Shown: positions 23,142-35,273 of the stretch, piece after piece
Layout of the letters: each line of letters opens with the position of its first letter
Numbering within the stretch: the first letter of the stretch is position 1
Source: Callorhinchus milii
Taxonomy: Eukaryota
Direction: 5' to 3'
Assembly: GCF_018977255.1 (NCBI RefSeq)
Contig: NW_024704743.1
Location: 97,464,001-97,528,000, forward strand
DNA: 64,000 nucleotides
Translations under genes and position numbers: made by a program
The notes under the pieces: generated by a model
Told to the model about the DNA's origin: nothing
Seen by the model: the letters and a program-made list of their open reading frames with translations, nothing else
The model's database searches: none

Positions 23142-24884
23142 GTGAGGTTCAGTGAGACACACCCCAGTGTGTCTGCAGGAGAAAAAAATCTATGGATAAA
23201 GTCATAACAATAAATATTTTGCTAGTATAAAGTTAAGAAAGTTCTGGTGCTACCTCGGCTGCTCAACATTTCCAACAGACATTTGATAAATCTTTAACTT
23301 AGATGTGATTGGTCTTGTTTTTAAATTCAACGGGAATTATTTCTGCTTGACCCTGGAGGTGATGACATTTTATTCTCTGCTTGACAGTGCACACATATAA
23401 TAGTGTTCCAACCTCCTACTCTGATGTTCTATCTCATATCTTAATAATAATTATCCAAAACTGACAGAAAGTTCCTTCTCCTCAATGTCAGCACATAATT
23501 TTTTATTGTCTCGGCTCTCTCTGATGGCTCATTAGACCATAACCTCATTGAGCTATGGAGGCAATGAAATACTGAAACAGTGCGATATCAATATGACATT
23601 TGTGACAAAGCTTGCCCTGTCTGATGGAATTCAGTGAAGTTAATGTGATTGATGTTGAGTCATTTATTTTGAAATCAGTAGTAAAGTACCTGAATTAATA
23701 AGGACAAAACACAAATCATGTTTAAAGCAGAGCATTTAAGCAAGTAGATATGATGTTGACCTCAGCAGCAGAATCTGTGAACTCTTGCTGGTTGAAATGC
23801 TGTACACTGTCCAGCGCCTTGGGACTCCTCCCGACGTGAAAGGCGCTATACAAATGTAATCGTGTTGTTGTTGTTGTTGTTAACAGGATACTGCCCCATT
23901 GGGACATATTGTGTCACATATTTTAAACCTCTTTAACTGTAAGGTTCAGCCCTTTTACCCAAATCATTAAAGCTGGTCATCAGCAGATCTGTTTAGTTTT
24001 GACAAGTGTATTTCAGTGACTCATTTATAAAGCAACAATTTGTCTTATGTATAAGCCAAATACTTTTTCCAAGGTCATTTTCTTCCGTTTATTATCTTTG
24101 ACCGAGTGAACTGACAGTACCTATCCTCTCTTGTGTAAATTTGAAAACTCCTCTCCACATACTATACATCATTATGCTTTGCTTTGTTCCCATCTTCTGC
24201 AAGCAGGTCAAGACTCCATTAAATACATTTTGAAGAGAGCTTCAAATACATATTACTACACTACACCAGTAGTGAGAAATTGTCTTCTTTTGCTGGAAAA
24301 GTTATAAATGTTACTTGTGGATGTCAATAAAAGGGACAGCATAATTTATTGAATTATCCCGCAACCTAATAATAATAATCCTTGCATGTGATATAGCGCC
24401 TTATCGCATTGTTGAGACGACTCAAAGCACTTCGCAGAATATACTACAAAAGTTGTATCTCAAACATTGACCAGTATGTGTCACCTTCAGTTGCTGTTTC
24501 ATGCTTAGTTTGTACTGTGGCCTTTCACTGCGATTCACAGCAAAACTTGTGGTGAATTCCTGTGGAAAAATGCTGTGTAAATTGGATGCGAGTTGGATAA
24601 TTGCAAAGAGATTTATGTTGGAACCCAGCTGCAGAGACCATCTTTGAGGAAGTGGTTTTGCCAGAACATCAATTCAAACTGTTGAAGTATATAACCAGTT
24701 TATCACTTCAGCCTGCATTCAGTAATGGACCCTTGAAAGTTTTTGAGTGGTCTAATTGATCATTTAAGAACTTTTAAAGGACCAACTTTAATGTTATTAA
24801 AGAGCCTACGGCACTCCTCTGTATTGATAGTAAAGACAAATTCTGCTTACCCATGCACATCAACCTGCAGCAATAGAACACAAG

Positions 24885-25837
24885 ACATGTATGCGGATGA
24901 CACCCAACTCTATCTTTCTGCCTCCACCCTCAACAACAGGACCACTGCTGTCCTGACAAACTGCCCGTCGGACATCAAGTCCTGGATGAGGGCAAACTTC
25001 CTACAGTTGAAGGTGAACAAGACTGAGGCCCTCCTGATTGGCTCGCGCCAGAGCCTCAGCACCTCAGGCTGTGGCAACATCAACCTCCATGGTTGCACAC
25101 TATGACCCATCAAGCCAGTCAGGAACCTAGGTGTCTTGCTTGACACTCAACTGTCTTTTCTTCCCCACATCCAAGCCATGACCCGCTCTGCCTTCCCTCA
25201 CCTCTGTAACATCGCCCAACTCCACCACTACCTCACCCCTCAGGCCACTGAAACTCTTGTTCATGCCTTCATCACTTCCAGGCTCGACTATGAAAACGCC
25301 CTGCTTGTCGGCCTTCCCAACGCCTCCCCTCCACAGGCTCAGGTAATCCTGAACTCTGCAGCCCGCGTCCTCTCCCGCACTAAACTCCGTAACCTCATCT
25401 CCCCCATTCTCGCCCGACTCCACTGGCTCCCTATCCTTCAGAGGATCCAGTTCAAGATCCTGGTCTTCACATACAAAGCCCTCCATGGCCTCGCCCCACC
25501 CTACCTCTGCGACCTCCTAACCCCCTACCAACCCGCCCATTCCCTCCGCTCAGCCGGCTCCGGCCTGCTCCACGTCCCCCGACCCACCCGCCCCACCATT
25601 GGCCCCAACCTCTGGAATTCCATCCCCCAGTCACTCCGCCTCGTCCCCTCCTTAGCCTTCTTCAAGTCCCGCCTCAAGACCCTCCTCTTTGACCATGCCA
25701 TCGGCCACCACCCTTCCCCTCCCCTCCCTTACCCATCCCCTACCCCAGCTCATGGCTGAAATGCTGCATTCTGTCCAGCGCCTTGGGACGTCCTCCCGAC
25801 GTGAAAGGCGCTATACAAATGTAATCTTCTTCTTGTT
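24885..25837 (+). mobile_element. L2 LINE, 5'-truncated, ORF2 from the RT YADD motif to the end
   Basis: MYADDTQLYLS, WMRANFLQL...KTEALLIG, SRLDY, LHWLP; stem-loop tail at 25778-25811. Confidence 0.95.
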
Positions 25838-26148
25838 TTCTGAACTACAAAAGACCAGTGTTTAGCTGGTCCAATTGACTTGGAGAGAAAAAAAAATGTG
25901 AAAGAAAAATGTGCCAATGTGATTTGAAATATAATTCGGCCTTCCTGTTCCAAATTGTTGTATCACTTTGCTGAATAACTTCCAGGAGTATAAACTGGGC
26001 ATCGTACACTGAACCTGCAGGTTAGACAGAGTTTGGGAGCGTGCGTTTTGTGGAGCACTCTTGTGACATCTGAAATTTTGCCCATGAATGTGAAATGCTG
26101 CCTACCGTCCACCATTCCCATTCAAAAATGTAAAAACATTTTTCTGAT

Positions 26149-26660
26149 GGAACATAAGAACGTAAGAACTGCTAGATGAAAAAAGACCAAGGTGCATCTA
26201 GTGCATCTAGGTGCATCTAGTTCCACCTTCCTGGTGGTCGCATGCACGTATATCCCAAACTACTTTTGTGTTATATCCCATAATGTTTGTGGAGTCCTGT
26301 AGCTCAGTGGTTAGAGCACTCACTTTGCAAGCGAGAGACCTGAGTTCAATTCCAGGCAGAGGGCGAAACCTTGGGCAAGTTTCCTTACTCCACACAGAGC
26401 CTAATAATAATCCCTCCAAAACCAAAAACAATAATAAAATTGGTCATTTTCGATCTACGACTGTTTGTGGGACATTGTTGTGTGCAATTGGCTGCCGCGT
26501 TCGCCCACAAATATACAGTCAATTCACTTTACAGTGTGTTCTGTGAAGCGCTTTGGGACGTCCTCCCGACGTGAAAAGCGCTAGATCAAATGCAAGGATT
26601 ATTATTATGTTATTTGCTAAAAGAAAACTATCTAATCTGTGTTTGAAAGAATCAACACTT
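26149..26660 (-). mobile_element. CR1 3' fragment split by a SINE
   Basis: Flanks rejoin to match the uninterrupted sister at 12387-12560 (ATATCCCATAATGTT|ATTT...AAACTATCTAATCTGTGTTTGAAAGAATCAAC). Confidence 0.85.
26288..26606 (+). mobile_element. Full-length tRNA-derived SINE
   Basis: Complete element with TSD ATGTT (26283-26287 and 26607-26611), which implies a 5' end of TGTGGAGTCC. Confidence 0.95.
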
Positions 26661-27520
26661 TGTACAATCTTAAAAACACATAGGATATAATTAATTCAAG
26701 AAAATGCTTGATGGATACTCCTCCCAACCCTACTGATCATTGCTATGTAGTGAATAACCATTCTTCAGGTCCCAAAGCAAAACGTAAGAATTTTCAGAAA
26801 ACATTACGAAAAAGATTTGATAATTAAGAAACCTTTTATCAAGTCTAGTAATGAAATGTTAATTTTTTTCCATCCATTCCTGAAGACTGAAACCAAACAT
26901 AGAATTATATTTAATATAATATTAGCACTTTACAGTACAGAACAGAGCATTCAGTCCAATTATGAAGTTTCCATCTTCATTGAATGGATACATTGAATGG
27001 CTAGCTCTCTCCCCTCCCCCACTCCATGACCATCAGGCTGTGGTTGCCCCCTAGATTGCCAAGATAACAGATTCATAGGCCCACTCACCCAAGGACAGCA
27101 AGACCCTGAAATCACTTGGAAACTGATGAATCCAATTGATACCCACCTCCTGAGACTGCCAGAGAAATGATGCATTAGACCCATTAGATTACAGCGAAAT
27201 AACAAAATAATAAAAAAGGCATCTGGCAGTCTGTCACTGCCTTTCACTTGGAAACAGACAAAGCTACAAAACATGGAGGCAGAGAATTGATTGGCTTCTT
27301 ACTGTCACTACCCCATTGTGTCAGTGCACAACAGATAACAGATTATCTGTTTCATCGTGTCTTCACAGAGGCATTCTCTTCAAGCTAGAGCAATCCAAAT
27401 GCATTTTCTTTCAGTAAATCTGAATTTCCCCAATTTACAATGATTTGGATTTATTTTCCATTTTTCTTGTTACTGATCCATATTCACTGCTTACAAGGAC
27501 ATGCTGCAATCTGATTTGCT

Positions 27521-27696
27521 GGTCTGGTTAACAGTATTTGCAGGTTGGATTAACCATGTGCACGTGCGCGATGGGATTACAGGTAATTTTCAAATCCTGC
27601 ACAGCTAGTGTTAATTACACAATTAAGGGCTCCTGTACGCATTTGCACATTGTTAACCCATCCTGCAAATTGTGCACATGGATTGTCAACCAGACC
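27521..27696. repeat. Imperfect fold-back (MITE-like remnant)
   Basis: GGTCTGGTTAACA/TGTCAACCAGACC (12/13), plus ATTTGCAGGTTGGATTAACCATGTGCACGTGCG versus its inverted partner (28/33). Confidence 0.75.
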
Positions 27697-30600
27697 CCAA
27701 AATTACTATATGATTTTTTTCCGATCACTATTCTTTAGCACCGAATACCAACCTGGTACACTAAATAATCAATAAGAAGACGGGCTTGTCCTGGCCAATT
27801 AAGTGCTTGAATTCTTAATTCAAACTCACCATAAGAGCCACCTAGTTTAAGTCAGGAAGCAAAAACCATTAAGATTTTCAAGTCTCTATTAATGAGGCAC
27901 CTGTGAGCATAGGGTACTTTTGCCATTGTTATTCTGTTTAGATAATTTCTATTCTCTTAATAGAGAAGTTTACAGGGAATATAGTGTGTGTATATATATA
28001 TATATGTGCCACCAATGTCAGTGAAATTTTCCACGAAGTGGAGTATGTCTGGGTGTTAACAACAAGCTCCTAGTGATTTTGCATTATTTGCTTCACGTGA
28101 TGTCCTTGACCATCATATTGAATACATAAAAACTTGGAGGCTTTTTGACTTGGCTAGTCACAGATTGGATTAATATTCGATTAAGTTATGCTGTGTTCCT
28201 CTGTGCTATAAAATCAGAAGTACTTGGTCAAAACTAGCATCGGATGGAAGTTATTATTATCAAAGTGCCCCAAAATATTAAGGGCACGGTTTAAATGAAT
28301 GGGGTAGAAATGTCTTGTTTCTCAGCAACTTAGTGATAATGGTGTAAACTTTCAAACCAGAGGTTTTGAGGATCGAATGTCAGAATAAAGACTGTCTTTC
28401 TTAGTTCATTTCTTGTTTGGAATTAATCAAATCTCAGCCTGATCAGGCAAGGAGCTTTTCAACTAAAAATACCATAGATCTGTCTAGGTTAGTCAAAGAG
28501 ACCATTGATTTGAAAGGCATCATTTTATCTGATGGTTAATATAGTATTACAGTGGAATGATGACATGTTTTTCTGGTTGATTCATCTCTGGTCTAGTTCT
28601 TGAAGCTACAAGAGCAAAAAGTGGGTAGCCCCCATCAATAATAAAGGCTTAAACACAGCTAATGCATTTGGTAAGTTAGTACCTTACTTGATAAACTTTT
28701 CAGAAGTTCCTTACAATCTGTTTCTAGAATGATGCAGAAAATAATAAAATGATCCTTGCAGTTGATATAGCATCTATAACGTTTCAACATACCTCACAAA
28801 GTTTCTGTCAAGTGAAATAACTGAGTAGTTGTGGGCAAATATTTCAAGACAATCGAACAAGACGACATGGGTTTAGAAATGGACTTCTTAACCTATATCC
28901 TCTTGTACTATGGCCTTGGTATATTGTCCTTGGTTTGCTTCTTCAATCCCATTTAAAATATTATATGCATTACCTCTATAACATCCCCTATGAGATGTCT
29001 CTTTTTATGACTGAAAGCCCTAGCTTGTCTAACCATTTCTGAGAGCCCAATCCTCTAACACTAGGAATCATTGCTCTGCCCCCTTTAATATTTTTACTGA
29101 TGCTGATACCCACTAGATCTAACCACTGTAATTAGCTTTGTGATTTTGTCTTTGTGGCAAGCATTCCATAGAAATTTACAAATCAATTATTTATCAAGTT
29201 GCTTTTCCAGATAAAGTTAAAGCATTATGGACCATTTATTCTAACTTTCCTTGCAGATGAAAGTCTTAAACCATTTCAGTCATAATAATAGAAACAGACA
29301 GCTTGCATATTTATTGTAGTTTAGCGCATCAGTGGTTCAACACGCTTTACAGCAAACAGGAAGTGATATCATTGGTGACCCAGAAGTTGGCCATGTTTCT
29401 TTTAGCCACATGGAAATCAGCCCATTTGCAGATAGTGAGTTGGCACAGCATGTACAGTGAAACCAAATATAAAGCATGAGTTGAATCCAACACCCTGTTA
29501 CACTGAGGCTCCACTGTACATTTATTCTTTGTATAAAGATTTAATAACTATAGTCTAATGCTGTTGTTTGTACAAAAACAAACCCTGTTCCAATTACAAA
29601 GAAATCCAGTATAATAGGCTGCACAACTAATCGCGATGTGTTGTGACCACACTTTGAGAACTCAGCGGTAACACAAGCAGTCAATCCTTATTATAATTCT
29701 GTCATCATCTGGCTAGACAGTTATCTGACTTTTGTGTTGTCCTTTCCTCATTCACTTTTTAGAAAGCAGTACTTTATTGATCTCTATAAACAATGAACTT
29801 CCTCTTTAATGGTCTATAGCATCCTACTGTACTGGAGCCAAAATCAACAGGAGTCATCCATCCAATAGACATTTCAAATATTGGTAGGTTAGGCAGAAAT
29901 AATATGATGGATCTACTGATAAGATTAAGATTATTTTAAACAAACATGTTAGGTAGTGACCATATACAGTATCCTCCTTCATTCTGTAGTTTCTCTTTAT
30001 CTGAAGATATTTTGGCTATTGTCTCAAAGTGTTTTATCACAACCTGTAAAATATTTATGTTTTGTCAAAATATTGCAAGTGTATCTTGCCTCGCTTCGTG
30101 ACTTGATGATGGCAGACAAAACTAAAGGAAGTGCAGGAGGTGCCATGCAAATACACCCAATGTTGAATCATTGCATTGTTGTGTTTGAAGTGCTGAATGC
30201 TCCATGTGTAATAAGTTCCATTCTTCTTCAGTTCAACACTTCAAGAACTGCAGGGTTTGTAGTGATTTGTTTATGAACCTTACACTGGATGGTAACGGCA
30301 TTCTTCACACAGAGAACAAAATCTCACACAGAGGTTTTTCCTCTGAATCCTCCTCAATCCTTACATCTCCTGCTTCCTGAACACTTCTCTCCTTTGCTCC
30401 TCCTCCTCTCCCTTCACTGAAGGCTGAGCTAAGACAGCATCTCCATCACTTCATGGTTTTTGTCAGATGTGCACAAATTGGCTGCTGCATTCATGGACGA
30501 AATACCCAATACAATACAATTTACATGTATATAGTGCTTTTCACCTTAGGAGCACATTCACAGCACTGGATCGGCACCTCGGCTGGGGGTGGGAGCCGAG

Positions 30601-30964
30601 GGGTAGGGAGGAGAAAGATGACCAAAGGCTGGTCAAAAAGGTATGTTTTGAGATGTATCATGAAAGAGACACAGGAGGGAGGGAGTAAATCCTGTGAAGT
30701 GCTTTGAGAAGTCCTCCTGATGTGAATGGTGCTGTATCAAATGGAAGACTTATTATTATCTAAGGAACTCGCCACTGAAATGCTGAGATAAGCTGAGCAA
30801 TATGTTCAAGTTCAAAATTCGGGGGGTACCCTGTAGCCAAACGTCGACATGGGTGGGATTTTCAACATTGCAAGCATGTGGGGAAATATATGATGTGTTA
30901 ATTAGTCATCTGGGCAGAAATTGTGGTTAAAACATTTTTTTAAAACCTGTTCATAATGATAATA

Positions 30965-31400
30965 ATGTAATTATGATTGCATCTGATAGAGCATCCTATT
31001 ATCTTGATCTTTGAGATGTGTCAAAGAGTTTCACAAAATTTACTATAAAATGTAGTTACTGTGTATTATTATGCAAAGATGGCAACCAGTTTGCACATAG
31101 CAATGTCCCACAAATGCCCATGAAGTAAATGACCAATTTTATTTTGAAAATTGTTGGCCAGGACACTCCAGCCGAGACAAACTCCTTTCTTTTTTCAAGT
31201 AGTGCCATGGCATCTTTGACATTCATCTGAAAAAGCAGACGGGACCTTTGTTTAAGATCAGTTTAACATCTCATCCGAAGGATGGTCCTCCGACAATGCA
31301 ACACTGCATTGGAGTGTCAGCCTCGACCAGACCATGTTGGGAATTGAGCCCACGACCTTTTAACTCAGACACAAGAGTGATATGAACAGAGCCTGGCTGA
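30965..31400 (-). mobile_element. Near full-length Deu-domain SINE
   Basis: GTTTAACATCTCATCCGAAGGATGG...TCCGACAATGCA...GGAGTGTCAGCCT, tRNA-like head at 31340-31400, L2-type tail at 30965-31035. Confidence 0.8.
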
Positions 31401-31540
31401 ACGCACATCTTGAGGCTCTGCTCCTCACTGGTGCCGGTTTGAGTGTTCTGCCACTTTGGGAGTATGTGGTCTTAGCATTTGTACACTGAATGTATCTGTC
31501 CATTTATTACTGTGTAAAACAACTATGGATTATGGTTCGC

Positions 31541-31579
31541 CAGTTCTGACGAAGGGTTGTGATCCCGAAACGTTGACTC
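31541..31579 (+). ncRNA. Minimal type-I hammerhead ribozyme motif (Penelope-associated), probably relic
   Basis: CTGACGA (31546-52), stem II GGG/CCC, GAAA (31567-70), palindromic AACGTT stem III, GTT cleavage triplet, stem I AGTT/GACT. Confidence 0.65.
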
Positions 31580-31676
31580 ACTTTCCTTTCGCCATAGATG
31601 CTGCCTGAACACAGGCAGATAAAATGAATAGTTTTTTCCTTTCATTTCTAATATCCAGCGATTTCTGTTTTTGTTT
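31545..31676 (+). mobile_element. Penelope-like element terminal remnant
   Basis: TCTGACGAAGGG...CCCGAAACGTTGACT...ATAGATGCTGCCTGA...TCCAGCGATTTCTGTTTTTGTTT, the recalled fish/shark Penelope-like terminal sequence. Confidence 0.7.
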
Positions 31677-32802
31677 ATGGATATGGTTGTTTGACTCCTC
31701 TTGTTAAATTGCCACAAAACAGTTATTTGGTTTGGGTGGTGTAACGAAGCTCGGAGGTTCTCACAGTATGTCTGGATATGTAATTGAGAGCATCCTATGT
31801 TCCCTTTATTTATTGATGCCAATTTGAACTTTCTGGATGACAACTGTGTCTGTCCTTCAAAGCTCTAATTAGTGGAAGATATTACTCATATTGAAATTGT
31901 AAATCACATTGAAAGGATGCGCTTTCTTAATCCAGAATAGCTAGCTCAGCTTCTAATGTGAAAGATTTTTCATTAGATTTTTTACAATATGACAGGTCAT
32001 CGCAGTTTCAAGGAAACATTAAAATTTTATGTTAAGAAATTGCTAATGAGATTAGAGGGATGATTTGGTGTGGTGACTGTATAAATGTTAGCTCTTAAAA
32101 TAGACTTAACTTTGAGACTGACTAAAGTTTATGAAAAACAATTCTTTTCAACCAGGTATTACGGACATTAGGCCCTTTTCACTTTACTTTCAAACTGCAT
32201 GTTTAGGTTCTTGAACAAATACATAACAAAATCCTTTGAGTCATTATTTTTCTTGCCCATCTATTCCTTCATTACTTTCATGACTGTTCACCTATATTAG
32301 TAGATAGAGTGGCCTAGATTGAAATGCTCCAGGTAGGTTTAGTAGAAACTGTACAAATAAAAACAAAACTACAGTACTAGATATGTAGGTAAAAAGTAAT
32401 AGAAATACTGTAATAATTAGTAAAATTCACATAATTCATATCAGTCGGGACACATTGTCCACGTTGCAGGCAAATTTGTATAAATCGTATAAAATCCGCA
32501 CTGAGCATGTATAGCTCAAAACAGCCGGTAAGTACATATGTGGTACTTTGTCACTGCATCCAGTAAGTGTGCATGTGGTGACTGGTCAGGACAACATTTC
32601 TCAAGGTTCAATACAGTCGGTAAGTGTGGGAGTAATAGAGGGTAGGGGAGCAGCATTACGAGTTAAGAGGCGATAAATATGATCATTGCAAATAAATTGA
32701 AATGGGACTCGGATGGATATATGACATAGACGATTGCTAGAGTTTTACTGTAGTAAATTTTGTATAAAACTAAATGCCTCAAAGTGCTTTAAAAAATAAC
32801 TG

Positions 32803-33262
32803 GAAACCTTGTTATAGCCCTTTTAATATTGTTTACAGTGTGGTTCTCGCCTGTTGACCCAACCTGTACCAGAAACATGGTACACCCAGCTTCTCGTACT
32901 AAAAAAATAACGATCGTCTGGGTCGTTCGGTTGCTGCTGATGTCGCTTTCTGTTTTGCTGAGAACATGCACGACTAATGTTGTTTCTTGTTTCCTGGGCT
33001 CAGCTCCCACCCCCAGCTCCGATGCCAAATTAGTATTGTTAAATGCTTTGGGACGTCCGCCCAACATGAAAGACACTATATAAATGTAAATTTGTACTAA
33101 ATATGTGCAGGAAATGGAACTGATGCCACTTAGCAAAGAAAGTAATATTAGTGTACAATGTACAGGAAACGACTTTAGTAGCAACTTGACAACCATTTGT
33201 TCACACCCCCCGTGGATTGTGGGACCTGGAATATTGAATTGCGCTATAACAAGGTTTCTCTG
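32803..33262. mobile_element. Tc1/mariner (Tigger/pogo-like) MITE remnant with a nested L2 tail
   Basis: Perfect 16-bp inverted repeat GAAACCTTGTTATAGC (32803-18) / GCTATAACAAGGTTTC (33243-58), right end TCTG. Confidence 0.6.
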
Positions 33263-35273
33263 TGTAAATCTCGACTCTGGGGTGGGGCGCTATATCAAAT
33301 ACAAGGATTATTACTACAATATAATAAAATATGAAGTGTAAGGAAGAAGATGAAAGAGTGGAAAACAGGCGGATAAAATGAATAGTTTTTCCCTTTCATT
33401 TCTAATATTACAGGGATATGTAGGACCAGGAAAGATTATTTGACCCATTAGATGTAATTTGTCAATTTATTAGATTATGGCAGCTCTTTATAATTTAAAT
33501 CTCATTTCCACAGCTCTTCATAATTCTTCGTATTCATAATTCCCTCAGTGACATTACAGTTATAATACTTTGTTAAATGTTTTGCACAGGGAGTAAAGAA
33601 TTCCCTACATATACCTGTAGGCTAAGCATGAAAGCAAATTCCTATAATGACACAATACCAATGAGAGTATTACGATGCATTGCTGCTAGATTCTAGTGAT
33701 GTCATCTCCCTCTGTATAATTAATGCTGGAAGTTACATGGAGGATTTAAAGTTTACTTGTAAACTGACCAGCTTATTTTGCGTTGACGATGTCCGGTCAG
33801 AAAGAAAGACCTGAAGCATTATACGGGTATGCGATTACTGAAATTGTGGGCCTTTCTCTTCCACACCTGCTGGTTTGAAATAGATTCATTTGACGTTCTG
33901 TGACATAAATGAAGAAGTATGGCATAGCTATTACATAGTTGTCAAGAATGAATAATTATACAGGTTTTATCATTGAGATGAAGTTGTCTTGATGAATGGA
34001 CATCTTAGTGTCAAGGTCACAGGCAAGTAATATACAGACCTGGCACTTTAGGCAATAATGGGAAAAGCTGGAAAGAAGCAGTGAAACAATATACCATTCC
34101 ATCATCTCCTTTTGTGTTGTAAATCTGAGAGCCACCAATGTTCAACAAGACAATACCTGGTGAATATCCTGGGCCAATGGTTTATGGTTAATCTCCTGGA
34201 TTTATCTCTGCAAAAATATGAAAACGTCAATAACAACAAAATAGTCTGCTATGATTTTAAGACTGATGCATTTTAATTGATGTAACATTTTAAATGGCTA
34301 GTTTAGAAACCTCTATTTTAGCCACATACATCATCTCTGATGTTAATCCAGTATGTTTGGCTTAATGGATTTATATAGAAGGTTACAACATAAAAACTTT
34401 GTGCAGGAAGTACTACTGATGTCACTAAGCAAAGGAAGTGATATTAGAGGCACTTCCTTTCAGCCCAAATAGTTTATGCTGGTGTTTATATTCTGCATGA
34501 GCTTCCAACCATCTAATGCCTTCTCCTATACTTCTCTATTCCCCTTTCTCTCATGCATTCATCACATTGTGCTCAATATTTAACTGACAATTCTGTTCTG
34601 CATGACCTTCTGATCCAACACTATAAACTCATACCACCAACTATTTTTTTCACCATGACACCGAACAACTAAACTTTTGGTTTTGTTGTATTTATTCGAA
34701 TAGCTGCTGTTAAAATTATTGAATCAAAATGGTTTTGTCTTTCAAGGTGGAATGGATGCTACTCGGATGCTAATAATATTTATCTCCAATTAGTGACAAA
34801 TATGACTGATGGCAGTTTGTTCAGGAGCTGAAGTGAGTCAGTCGCGTGCACTGAAGCTTATGAACAGCATGTGTCTCTCTTCTCCACAATGTGAAGTGGG
34901 TCAGGGGTTTATGTATTGGTCTCTTGTGCAATTGCTCTCTCTGCGTCAGTTATGCCAAAGAGTATCTATCTGATATTCTGCATGTCTGATCAATCCAGGT
35001 GATGCATGTAAAATGGGTTCATATAACTGCAACAAGCAAGCTCTGCTTCCGAAATTTCAAGTAATATTGTTCTAGTCTCTGAGAATCTCTGAGGTATATT
35101 AAGGATTCATTCTTGTTGTTAAAAAAGGATCATGCTAGAAGTGAATGCTCTTTCCTTCAGAAACCTGTGTTTTTATTTGTTAATTTATCTTTGTCCATTG
35201 AAAGCTTGGTGTCAGGCTGGCTCGATTCAGATGAGATGTTAATCCAAGATCCCTTCTGCCTGTTGTGATGTAT

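Noticed and set aside
24851-24864. 14-nt minus-strand microexon (TTGCTGCAG|GTTGATGTGCATGG|GTAAGC)
   Set aside because: Not frame-preserving, abuts an L2 junction, and has no independent support.
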